DNA of 23,163 nucleotides from Octopus sinensis. Lineage: Eukaryota. Shown here one piece after another: positions 1 through 10,186 of this stretch. The position numbers and the translations under genes are program-made. Position 1 is the first letter of the stretch; each line of letters begins with the position of its first letter. The DNA lies in the NCBI RefSeq assembly GCF_006345805.1, contig NW_021836654.1, positions 1 to 23,163 of the forward strand, in the 5' to 3' direction. A model generated the notes under the pieces. That model worked only from the letters and a program-made list of their open reading frames with translations, did no database searches and was not told where the DNA came from.

Positions 1-214
1 CGGCTGAAATGCTTGCGGTATTTTCGTCTGCCGCTACGTTTCGAGTTCAAATTCCGCCGAGGTCGACTTTGCCTTTCATCCTTTCATCCTCCCGGGGTCG
101 ATTAAATAAGTACCAGTTACGCACAGGGGTCGATGTAATCGACTTAATCCCTTTGTCCGTCCTTGTTTGTTCTCTCTGTGTTTAGCCCCTTGTGGGTAGA
201 AAAGAAATAGGTAT
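1..214 (+). mobile_element. tRNA-derived SINE, family A, left monomer (5' end cut by the window edge)
   Basis: Nearly colinear with 22688-22924: GAAATGCTT.GCGGTATTT..., B-box-like GAGTTCAAATTCC, GAGGTCGACTTTGCCTTTCATCC, GGGGTCGATTAAATAAGTACCAG, and tail TTTAGCCCCTTGTGGG...AAAGAAATAGGTAT. Confidence 0.9.
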
Positions 215-215
215 A

Positions 216-480
216 GGTGGAGGCACAATGGCCTCCAGTGATCAGGGCAGCGAAGTCGCGGTCGAAGGATCGCGGTTTCGATTCCCAGACCGGGGGATGT
301 GTGTGTTTATTGAGCGAAAACACCTAAAAGCTCCACGAGGCTTGGGGCAGGGTCCCGTGGCGACCCCTGTTGTAGTCTTTCGCCACAACTTTCTCTCACT
401 CTCTCGTCCTGCTTCTTAACTAATGCTGCGATGGACTGGCGTCTCATCCAGTTGGGAGGAACACATACGCCACAGAAACC
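216..480 (+). mobile_element. tRNA-derived SINE, family B (3' end missing)
   Basis: tRNA-like head GGAGGCACAATGGCC...CAGTG with B box GGTTTCGATTCCC (274-286). The body carries GCTGCGATGGACTGGCGTCTCATCCAG...CAGAAACC, which from recall resembles conserved V/Meta-type SINE central domains (not verified). Confidence 0.75.
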
Positions 481-612
481 ACGACGTCTACGATATAATG
501 CTAAATTATGGTCTAGTAAATGAATACTTTGTTGGTTATAATGGCAGCGTGTGCTTTATAAAATTGGTACTTGTTTTTATTTATCTATTTTTTTTACATT
601 ATGTTCATGCTT

Positions 613-615
<3 letters not shown>

Positions 616-662
<47 letters not shown>

Positions 663-722
663 ACACACACTAGCACACATATATATACATATATGTGTGC
701 GTGTGTGTCTGTGAGTGTGTGC
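616..722. repeat. (CA)n-(TA)n-(TG)n compound microsatellite forming an imperfect palindrome
   Basis: Read directly from the sequence. Confidence 0.95.
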
Positions 723-1317
723 GTATGTAAGTATATCTACATGTCTCTTTCATTCATTGGCTATTGGTGGTCAGAAAGTTACCATTGGTTTCACGTCCAT
801 TATTGCATTTAACGGTAGCGAATAAATATTTTTCGAGATTCTAAGCTATATAAATATATATATATATATATAAATCATAGAGGCTCTTTGTAAGATAAAC
901 AGCCCAATATTGAAGATATAGCCTTTACTTCTTTATACTGGTTTGTTTATATTGTCACATCATTCTTCAAGCTGTCACATTTTAAAATTATGTCTAATAT
1001 CGGCATTGAGAATCTGCAATTAAGAATAAACACTCTCAGTTCTGCAGGGAGGGTACAAAATCAAAATAATCTGTTTTCAATAGACTTCTAGAAATGCTTA
1101 TTATTTTACACAAAGAAATAACGTGAGACTCTTTGTAAGAACAATAGAATACAGCATCTTTCTAATAATTGGCTTATATTTATCCCTTCTTTTGCTCGTT
1201 TCAAGCATTAGATTGCGGCCATAAAAGAGTACCACCTTGGAGAACTTCATCGAAGCGCATCGGCGCCAGTAATTGTTTTATTTCTTGTATACTGTAAGTA
1301 TATTAAGGAGTACTCAA

Positions 1318-1630
1318 TCAGTTACGACGATGAGGGTCGCAGATGATACGATCAACGGAATAGCTTCATCATGAAATTAATGTGCAAGTGGTTGAGCACT
1401 CCACAGACATGTGTACCCCTAACGTAGTTCTCAGGGAGATTCAGCGTGACACAGAGTGTGACAAGGCTGGCCCTTTGAAATACAGGTACACCTCATTTTG
1501 CCAGCTGAGTGGTCTGGAGCAACGTAACATAAATTGTCTTGCTCAAGGATACAAAGCGTCGCCGGGAATTCAACTCCCGACCTTGCAATCGTGAGTCGAA
1601 TGCCCTAACCACTAAGCCATGCGCCTTCAC
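1318..1630 (-). mobile_element. tRNA-derived SINE, family C, near full length
   Basis: Reverse complement reads GTGAAGGCGCATGGCTTAGTGGTTAGGG (A box) ... GAGTTGAATTCCC (B box), then a CORE-like block CCTTGAGCAAGAC...GTTGCTCCAG...CAGCTG, then a body colinear with 5453-5751. Confidence 0.9.
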
Positions 1631-1748
1631 GTGAGTAAATTAGATGGAACGTGGCTGTACAGGGAAAGTCTGCGGCACAGTAGGGCGACTATAAATCTTA
1701 TTGAAGACATAAGGATGTAGGAGCGAACAGGGATTTATAATAACCCAT

Positions 1749-2071
1749 ATTAATCTTCACAATGATATCCTGGTGTAAAATGTCAAGCGATGTCCAAATT
1801 GGGCTGGTCAGTAGTACACCATTCTCAGTATCCACAAAATCTGGTCCCTCCGACATTTGACATATTCAGCTGCAGGAACTTAAGTCACGGAGGACAACAG
1901 AGTGACAGGGGCAGTAATGAAATGATAGAGAAAATAGATAGTAGCGGGAGTTCTACCTGGACGATAACCTACTTAGAGAGGCCGAAGGCGTTCATAGCCT
2001 ATTTGACCTCAGTTGAAATTAGATTGAAGACAATTGACAGAAATAATACCGAAATAATATCCAGTGTCTGA
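1749..2071 (+). pseudogene. Highly decayed Tc1/mariner (mariner-type) transposase C-terminal fragment
   Basis: ORF 1790-2071 reads LGWSVVHHSQYPQNLVPPTFDIF, which aligns without gaps to the mariner motif LGWEVLPHPPYSPDLAPSDYHLF. Upstream LHND (1755-1766, other frame) resembles LHHDN, and downstream EGVHSLFD and KTIDRNN resemble the mariner C-terminus. The catalytic D is lost and no TIRs were found. Confidence 0.55.
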
Positions 2072-2098
2072 ATACCTCTACGAGTGCTTCTACTTGAG

Positions 2099-2563
2099 GG
2101 TATTATAGGAAAATTTAAACGTGTATAGCTAGGGTTAATATCGACTTATGTACACAAGCCTGATAGAGGATATTATAGGTTTATGTAAACAAATTTGACC
2201 GAGTTACTATAACCTTATATAAACTGGACTAACACGGGTTATTTTAAGTTTAAATAAACATAGTTGACTTCATATTCTATGGGTTTATGTAAACAATATT
2301 GGTCCCGGGGTTACTGAATATTTGTGTGAATAGGACTCATATGGCCTTCTATAGATTTATGTAAAAATATCTTACCGTGGTTCCTAAGGTTTATGTAAAG
2401 AGCGGAGTGCGTTGACTATTCGTGTATACAAACAAGGATGATCTGAAGTTAGTGTAGATTTATATACACAAAGATGCCCTAAGGTTACTAAATATTTAGG
2501 TAAACGGACCTGACATGGGGGTTATTGTATGCTTACGGAAATAGACCTGCAGTTTCTATAGGC
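2099..2563. repeat. Degenerate ~35-bp minisatellite, about 13 units
   Basis: A TTATGTAAAC-like core recurs at 2146, 2181, 2215, 2250, 2285, 2322, 2357, 2391, 2424, 2460, 2496 and 2533 (spacing 33-37 bp), usually preceded by a GTTACTA-like motif. Confidence 0.8.
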
Positions 2564-3478
2564 AAATTCAAACACTATCTCAAATAATTTCACTCTAAAT
2601 ACTGTGTAAAATAAATACGACTGGCTGAATATCTTGCTCATCCGACATTTATGAAAATCAAAACGTTAGACAAATAGTCCTTTGATCCAAATAAGAAGCT
2701 TGTAGATGATGGTGGCTTGACACGCAAGAATTAGCAGACAAATATTTTTCAAAAGACACTATTAGTCATAGAAAAAGAAAGTTATTCCATTTTGAATAAT
2801 ATTATTTTTAATAAATTATGTGTAAATGATTAACAACCAGGAGAGTAATGCTTTTTATCTTATTTTGGGATTCTCCTAGTTTAAATTTCAACAACACAAT
2901 GATGAAATCCATATTACACCGGCATGCACGTATAAGATTATAATTTTATCGTTCTAATAACCATTAATTTAAGAGAAAATTAGTTAAATACATTCTCGAC
3001 TCGAATAGAATACTGCTACGATGATGTAAGGGAATGAAGAAGAAAAGTAAAAATGATAAATACCGAATAGACCACATTATTGTTTTTCTTAGGACAATTT
3101 TATATTATTTAATCTCAACCGAAGAAAGGCTCGATAACCTCACTATCTCCTCCTGGTCAAAAAAAAAAGTGCGGAGGGGGTCTCTAATAAACCAGCCTCT
3201 CAGTCCAAAAAAAAAGAAGAAAAAAAGGAAAGGTCGATTCTTTCTCTTCATTTTGTCTTCTTTTCTTCAGCTGTGAAACCCATGCCGATCCATTTCTTTT
3301 TCCTGTATTTATCCGTTTCTATCTTCTGTATCACAAGTACTGAGGGTCCAGTTTAAATAGGGGTTTCTCCATATTTATCCACCCCTCTCCTTTCGTTTAC
3401 TTATGCACATATACGCTTGGAACTGGACCTACTTGTTCTAGGTATAAATTCTTAATTCAAGTTATATTATAAGTATCA

Positions 3479-3669
3479 TTCTTTTACTTGTTTCAGTCAT
3501 TACTGCGACCATGCTGGAGCACTGCCATTTGTCGAACAAATCGACCTTAGGGCTTAATCTTTGTAGGCTTAGTACTTATTCCATCGGTCTCTTTTGCGGA
3601 ACTGCTCAGTTACGAGGACGTAAACGCACCAGCATTTACTGTCAAGCAATGTTAGGGGGAAAAACACAG

Positions 3670-3705
<36 letters not shown>

Positions 3706-3878
3706 TATATATATACGACGTTCTACTTTCAGTTTCTGCCCACCAAATCCACTTGCAAGTCTATGGTCGGCCTGACGCTATAGTAGAAGACACTTGCCCA
3801 AGGTCGCACGTAGAGGGACTGAACACGAAACCTTGTGGTTAGCAAGCAAGCTTCTTATCAGACACCAACACTGCACCT
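3479..3878 (-). mobile_element. tRNA-derived SINE, family D, with an internal (CA)n(TA)n tract
   Basis: Minus-strand tRNA-like head (B-box-like GTGTTCAGTCCC), CTTGGGCAAGTGTCTTCTACTATAGC block, and tail ...GCTCCAGCATGGTCGCAGTAATGACTGAAACAAGTAAAAG. The tail is also seen at 15135-15200. It matches my recollection of an abundant octopus SINE. Confidence 0.85.
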
Positions 3879-4817
3879 GTGTAGTGAAGTTTTAAAAGAC
3901 GACTGATGGAAGTGATTGCGAAGTTTTCAAATCTTGGCCTTCAAAGCATAAACCATAACATGCGGATCACAATGGAATACTCACAATATCAACTATACTC
4001 CCTGGATATTTTAATAATAAAAAATGTGACATATATACTGAAACTAGCATACGAACAAAATACTAACTAAATACTAACAACCGAACACTAACAAAATCTA
4101 AACAATATGATGTTACTTATATTTTGCCACGTATATATTTTCTCTGTTGTGGTAACATTCAGAAGAATGATATCGATTCTTAACTATAAAAAAAAAACGT
4201 TGTTGGAATAAGGCATGTTCAGATAAGACGTCTCCGGGTAATTTAGCTCTATATTAAAGGTATACATACGCAAAAAGATGATAAGAAATCAAATACATTC
4301 GCTGTTTCAACGTTTGTTTACTGTTAGTTATGATTATTTTCTTGCATTTGCCTCTGATTTAGTCATCGATTTCCTTTGCTTTCTTTACATCAAATATTTA
4401 TATAATCTTTTTACGTTGGTTTTGTTTATGTTCGTTGTCAGTTTTCGTTAAAATATTGCATTAAGTATTAAAGACACTGCACTTATGTATAGTTTGTCCT
4501 TAGTCAACTTTCGTATATATTTAAAATCGATTTAATATCCGACCACTTTGTGTTATGTTATATGTATGCGAGAAGTGTGTTTATGTACACATGTATGTAA
4601 ATATGTTGACCTATATTATAATTGGTGCTGTATGTCACCGACTCTGCGTGTTTCGTTTCACACCTCATACAATCAATATACACTTCATTTATACGTCTCC
4701 GTGGTAGCTAGGAGATTTACATGCAAGAATTATATTTTGAGTTTAAATTTCTTATTAGAAAAACAGCAGTTAAACACTGACTGCTATTACAATAATTGCG
4801 TTTATATGTCATTCATA

Positions 4818-4820
<3 letters not shown>

Positions 4821-4849
<29 letters not shown>
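4821..4849. repeat. (AT)n microsatellite
   Basis: Read directly from the sequence. Confidence 0.95.
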
Positions 4850-4855
<6 letters not shown>

Positions 4856-5159
4856 AAAATGATTATCTGTGTGTATGTGTGTATGTATAGATTCGTAAAA
4901 CTGAGTTACCAATTTTGATGTATGAGGTATCAAAAGATTCAGTAATCTTTCGGCTAACATATATACTTAATTTTCATTTACATATTTGCATTACTATTAA
5001 ACATTATAATCGTTGTTTAAGTCAGCTAACGTAAATGACGTTTTATAGCGTCACTGCTACCACCACAACGTCACATTTTCTATATGTGTGTGAACATTTG
5101 GTTAGTTTGACAGCACTCACGACACTCGCAAATATATCTGAACAGAAAAAAGAAACATG

Positions 5160-5210
5160 TGTGTATATATATGTTTGCACATATATATATATATATATAT
5201 ATATATACAA

Positions 5211-5242
<32 letters not shown>

Positions 5243-5303
5243 GATATATAATGTATCTATTATATGTATATAATGCACATATATATACATACCGATACAT
5301 TTA

Positions 5304-5346
<43 letters not shown>

Positions 5347-5360
5347 CATTAATATATATA

Positions 5361-5405
<45 letters not shown>

Positions 5406-5410
5406 GTATA
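5160..5410. repeat. Long imperfect (TA)n array
   Basis: Read directly from the sequence. Confidence 0.95.
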
Positions 5411-5452
5411 ATAGTTATTGTGTTAATCTGTTTATATTTATTCATATTAGGT

Positions 5453-5751
5453 GTGAATATACGTGGCTTAGTGTTTAGGATTTTTGGCTAATAAATGGGA
5501 GGTCATTAGTTCAATTCTCGTCGATGCCTTGTGCTCTTGAGCACAGTACACGTTGCTCCAGTGTCACTCAGCTGGCTAGAATGAGTAGTGACTGTATTTC
5601 GAAGGGCCAGTCTTGTCAATCTCTCAGGGAACTACATTAAGTATATACGGGTCTGTGGAGTGCTCGCCCACATATACATTAATTTCGCGAGACGGCTCTT
5701 CCTTCAATGGGATCAAATGGAACCATCGTCGTTGTAACCGACGGACAGCCA
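5453..5751 (+). mobile_element. tRNA-derived SINE, family C, diverged copy
   Basis: A-box-like TGGCTTAGTGT, B-box-like AGTTCAATTCT, CTCTTGAGCA...GTTGCTCCAGTG.CACTCAGCTGG, CTGTATTTCGAAGGGCCAG, TCTGTGGAGTGCTC, CGTCGTTGTAACCGA. It is the reverse-complement homolog of 1318-1630. Confidence 0.88.
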
Positions 5752-5794
5752 GTGCGTGCTCAGTTTAGATATTAACTACTTACCTTTTTTTGTA

Positions 5795-5795
<1 letters not shown>

Positions 5796-5869
<74 letters not shown>

Positions 5870-5946
5870 ATGATAATGCTGAGAAGAAGAAGAAGAAGAA
5901 GAAGAAGAAGAAGAAGAAGAAGAAGAAGAAGAAGAAGACGAAGACG
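5796..5946. repeat. Compound (AAT)n-(AAG)n microsatellite
   Basis: Read directly; it accounts for the poly-I/poly-R and poly-F/poly-L ORFs. Confidence 0.95.
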
Positions 5947-5954
5947 AAATGCTC

Positions 5955-6161
5955 ATTTATATATATACATGCGCGCAATCTACACTGACATGACTATACC
6001 AACCCACACACATATTTACATAAATACATACATACATACATACATATATATACATATTTATATATATATTCATATACATATATATATATATATACATACA
6101 TACATACACATATATATACATATATACATACACACACACACACATATATATATATACATTT

Positions 6162-6216
<55 letters not shown>

Positions 6217-6290
6217 CTATCTCTCTCGGTATGTATGTGCATGTCTGTGTGTATGTGTTAAATTTATCTATATATGTATACACTTGAGGG
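5955..6290. repeat. Mosaic (TA)/(TACA)/(CA)/(TG) microsatellite
   Basis: Read directly from the sequence. Confidence 0.95.
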
Positions 6291-6759
6291 TATAACTCTA
6301 AATATCATCGCATTTAATGTTCTCATTTTCCCGAGTTCCATTAGATACATAAATTTATACACTTTCCGTCTCCTTGAAACATTTCCTCGCTTTCTCCTCT
6401 CTTTCTTTTCCCTAATTTATGTTTACCATTATACCTTCATCTTTTGATCACAGTATATGTTGATTCAAGCGGGAAATTCGAACTCCGAAAAGAGAAAATA
6501 TAAATACAAATGTTATTAAACGAAAAGAAAAGTTCTTTTTTTTTATAAATATATAAAACGATATAAAGGTACAACATGTTGGCAACGTGTTAAGTTTGAT
6601 GGTCAAATTGACATTTCAATCGCGACTTGCTTAATTTTTACTTTCTCTTTATTTTTTTGTTTTCTTCCGTTATTTATTTTTTTTCCATTTTCAAAGAAAT
6701 CTTACGCTCAATTAAGCGCTTGTTCGTCAACATTTGATGCCATTACATGTCTGTCGGGA

Positions 6760-7240
6760 GCTACAGATCACAGGATATCCAAAACGCAACAAAGTCGTCA
6801 CCATCAGCAACGGTAAAACCATCGGTAGCGCCAGCGTCTACATCAACTAAATTAATATCATGACCATCAGCAAAAGCAGCATCAAATCTACCACTAATTC
6901 TACTGTCAGCAGCAGCAACAGCAACAACATAAAAAATAGCAACACACGAAATTTCAACGATAGCAATATCGAACGGGAATAACATCACCAACAAGAACAT
7001 GAACAAAAACAGCACCGACAATAAGATCAACCAGTAACGGGAAGAACATCAATAGAAAACTCATCAATATTAACAACATCAATAGTAATGACAGCAGGAA
7101 CACGAACAACAATAACAAAAACAGCTGTAACGACAATAACAACAACAACAACGACAGCGTCCATTTTTGTAGCTATGATAAACACAAAATAAAATTAAAA
7201 TAGACGCAACAATGGCTACCAGCGCAAAAATAACTAATGT
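6760..7240. repeat. Cryptically simple A-N-C triplet low-complexity tract (AAC/AGC/ATC/ACC)
   Basis: Strong 3-nt periodicity such as CAGCAGCAACAGCAACAAC and AACAACAACAAC, with stop codons in the periodic frame. Confidence 0.75.
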
Positions 7241-7281
7241 AATAATTATTATATTATATGAATGATAATGATAAATATCTC

Positions 7282-7294
7282 TGCACTAATAATA

Positions 7295-7353
<59 letters not shown>

Positions 7354-7460
7354 CATAATAATAATAAGAGGAAGAAGAAGAAGAAAAATAAGAAGAAGAA
7401 AAAGAAGAAGAAGAAAATAAGAACAACAAAGCAACAACAATAATAACGATAAGATTATCA
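7282..7460. repeat. Compound (AAT)n-(AAG)n-(AAC)n microsatellite
   Basis: Read directly from the sequence. Confidence 0.95.
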
Positions 7461-7821
7461 ATAATAATATTGTAATAAATATGATATTTTTTATGAATAA
7501 TAATTTAAAATTGTATATTTATGATAATTGACATAATACATTAAACTTAATCATAATTAGCTCTATCGCCGGTTATTGGAAAGAAATACATACGAGTTAC
7601 TTTCTCTTGAACTCTATCTCTCATCAGTTGTAAATAAACATTCAACTCGCTCTCATTCATCTTGTCTCTTCTTGTAATTTCTTCTCTTCTTAATGTTTCT
7701 TACGTCTACCTTTGTCTTCGTCGTTGCATAAAACACATCTTCCTCTCTTCTCTTAGCTCACGTTGTCTGGTATTCTATTTAATTCGCTTAATAAAGAACA
7801 TCATAATATTTCAATCTTGAC

Positions 7822-8090
7822 AATGATGAAGATGATGATGATGATGATGATGAGAGGAGGAGGATTTAGGTTGTAGCAGATGTAGTGTTGACGGTTGTTG
7901 TGCCGACAATGGCAACTATATTAAATAGGATATTAATGGTGGAGGTATTTTCGGATGATGGTGATGATATCTGGTGTTAGAGGAGATGGCCTTCGCGACA
8001 TTGATGACAATAATAATTTGGATCGTAGTAGTGGTGGTGATGTTGTTGTTGCTGTTGTTGGTGGCGGTGGTGGTAGCTTATGATGTTTTC
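7822..8090. repeat. (GAT)n plus a degenerate GGT/GTT/GAT triplet tract
   Basis: Read directly from the sequence. Confidence 0.75.
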
Positions 8091-8237
8091 GGTGCTGGGG
8101 TTTTGTATTTGTAGGTCAAGTGATATCTGTTACATTATAATATTCAATAGCGAAAAGTCCCTGCAAATTTTAAGAGATATACTTTCATTTGCATATATTA
8201 TATGCAGTCATAACGTTGTCCTATTATTTACTATCAC

Positions 8238-8554
8238 GAATTACCATGGGATTGCACCTAGAAAGTTACCCCCGAGGCACAAGACCGGGCAAATTTGTTT
8301 ATGGAAGACCAGCAGTCGCACATGCATATCGGCCTCCCCTCTACACGCCAGCGATGTTATCAAAGGGAACGGCAAAGGCCGAAACAGTTAGGCGCCAGTG
8401 ACGTCGAAACTCATTTCTACAGCGGGGTGAACTGGAGCAACATGAAATGAAGTGTCTTGCTCAAGGACACAAACACGCAGCCCGCGCGGGATTCGAACTC
8501 ACAACCTCACAGTTGTAAGTTTGACGCTCTAGCCAGTGAGCCATGTGCCTTCAC
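8238..8554 (-). mobile_element. tRNA-derived SINE, family E (head and CORE-like block shared with family C, different 3' body)
   Basis: Reverse complement GTGAAGGCACATGGCTCACTGG (A box), perfect B box GTTCGAATCC (8489-8498), CCTTGAGCAAGACACTTCATTTCATGTTGCTCCAGTTCACC...AAATGAG. Beyond ~8410 the sequence is unrelated to family C. Confidence 0.88.
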
Positions 8555-9044
8555 TATTTAGTATAATAACAGTAAAAAAGATAATTAACTATCGTCATCA
8601 TTATACTAATAATAGGGTTCTACCATGTCTTGTAAAACGATAGGTCTGTACCTGGAAAATTCTCTGTATCTCATGTCTTAATTTATCTTCTTGAGAAAAG
8701 TAGCAGTTTTCCATGCATGTAAGAGTGCCCTCAACAAGCCACCGCAGTTTTACAAGTGAACAATAAGGTCGATGCTGCTTCTGCTTGCAGACGTTTTAGT
8801 GAGATAGCACATATCGTCTCCTTCAAATGTTTTAAAATTCCATCAGTTATCTCCCCTTGAATAATATTTTCTTTATTGACGTAAAACTGACAATAGCAAA
8901 GTTGAGACCCATCTCTACCAATTCGTTGTCATTCGTACTTATAGTTGTTATGTTGTTTTAAGAACACGGTCGGAAATTCGTGATGAAGTGAGTATATATT
9001 ATATGGGCATCAGTATACGACTGACCGATCTTAAGTCAGGGTTA

Positions 9045-9443
9045 TCTTTATATATAAAAGTGAAGTTGTGTGTCTGTCTCCTACGATTTAGATTCCTAAC
9101 TACTCCCACATTTTGAGGTGCAGTTTAACCAAAACCGGGTATCTTATAGTCGTGATTCATATCGAGCCTTTCTGGGTATTAGCGCGCGTCTACGATGAGT
9201 CTACGATGAAAAAAAAATTTACCAATATTTTTTTTTTCCATTTTAATGCATTTTTTTGCTATTATATAAGGGAAGTAACTCTCTAAAAATGTCTACGATG
9301 AGTCAACGATTTAAAAAAAAATTACCGTCAATTTTTTTCTATTTTTAATGCATTTTTTTGCTAGTTTTTGGCTATAACTCTCTAAAAATGCTTATATAGT
9401 TATTTCCCTTACAAACCCGAGCAACGCCGGGCGATACTGCTAG
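9045..9443 (+). mobile_element. Complete non-autonomous Helitron (399 bp)
   Basis: 5' TC (TCTTTATATATAAAAG), 3' CTAG (9440-9443), subterminal hairpin CCCG-A-GC-AAC-GC-CGGG (9416-9431), inserted between host A9044 and T9444, no TSD. All canonical Helitron hallmarks are present. Confidence 0.92.
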
Positions 9444-10134
9444 TATATGATAACGTGAAGAGCAGAAAAATATAACTCCAAAGAATTATGTATACTTATA
9501 GCAAACCGTACATTATATTGAAGAGGAAGTAATTACCACTCCCAACAATTTGCTGACTGATGTCTTTTCTTGGAAGGAGGAATAACAGTTGTTCAAGAGC
9601 AAAAACGATGATTTCTCTCCCACCAGTGCCAGAAATGCAAGATACTGCCAAGTAAACAAGTAAAGCGGCAACTCCATACGAATTATAATACAAGAATTTT
9701 GCTGCATCGCAGAGTGGCATTAAATATAATAATTACTTGTGCAGAGTTCCATGAAACAGCTTGATATACACTCATTCAATATTTGTGGAATATAAAAATG
9801 CCTTTATCCTGTATAAGACGAATTCGCGTCTCCTGGGAAGTTTTCCTTAAGTAGAAACCTTCAGCATCATTTATTAAAGACAGCTAGTCACTTTTGCTAA
9901 ATTGTGTCTTTCGCCAGTAGACTTCAGAGAGGAAAATATTTTAAAACATTTAATTCAACCACAGTCAGAATCGTCATCAAAATATATACAAATTACAGAT
10001 TTATAAAACACTTCATCACATCTGAAAGAAGATAATAATGTAAACTCCTCATATTTAGTAAACCGGAAGTGAGGGGGTGAGAATGGGTCATTAGGGAGGT
10101 TTGGAACTGCACTCTTTTCCGATTATATCTATGC

Positions 10135-10186
10135 GCATCTATCTATCTATCATTCTATCTATCTATCCATCTATCTGTCTATCTAT
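10135..10186. repeat. Imperfect (TATC)n at the 5' junction of the Tx1-like element
   Basis: ATCTATCTATCTATCATTCTATCTATCTATCCATCTATCTGTCTATCTAT. Confidence 0.95.

Noticed and set aside
2099-2563. CRISPR-like array
   Set aside because: The units are tandem and heavily diverged, with no identical repeats, no unique spacers and no cas genes; the context is eukaryotic.
6761-7151. Minus-strand ORFs rich in V/A/D/L resembling membrane proteins
   Set aside because: They arise from a decayed triplet low-complexity tract and show no family motif.
216-8554. Functional tRNA genes at the A-box/B-box motifs
   Set aside because: Each is a degenerate head fused to a repeated SINE body, and I could not fold a complete cloverleaf.
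8650-8940. Minus-strand peptides faintly like LINE endonuclease (SSIDLI) or Penelope RT (GLNFAI)
   Set aside because: The motifs are too short and lie in inconsistent frames.
10062-10071. Perfect ETS motif ACCGGAAGTG as a promoter
   Set aside because: It is an isolated 10-mer with no CpG island or downstream gene evidence.
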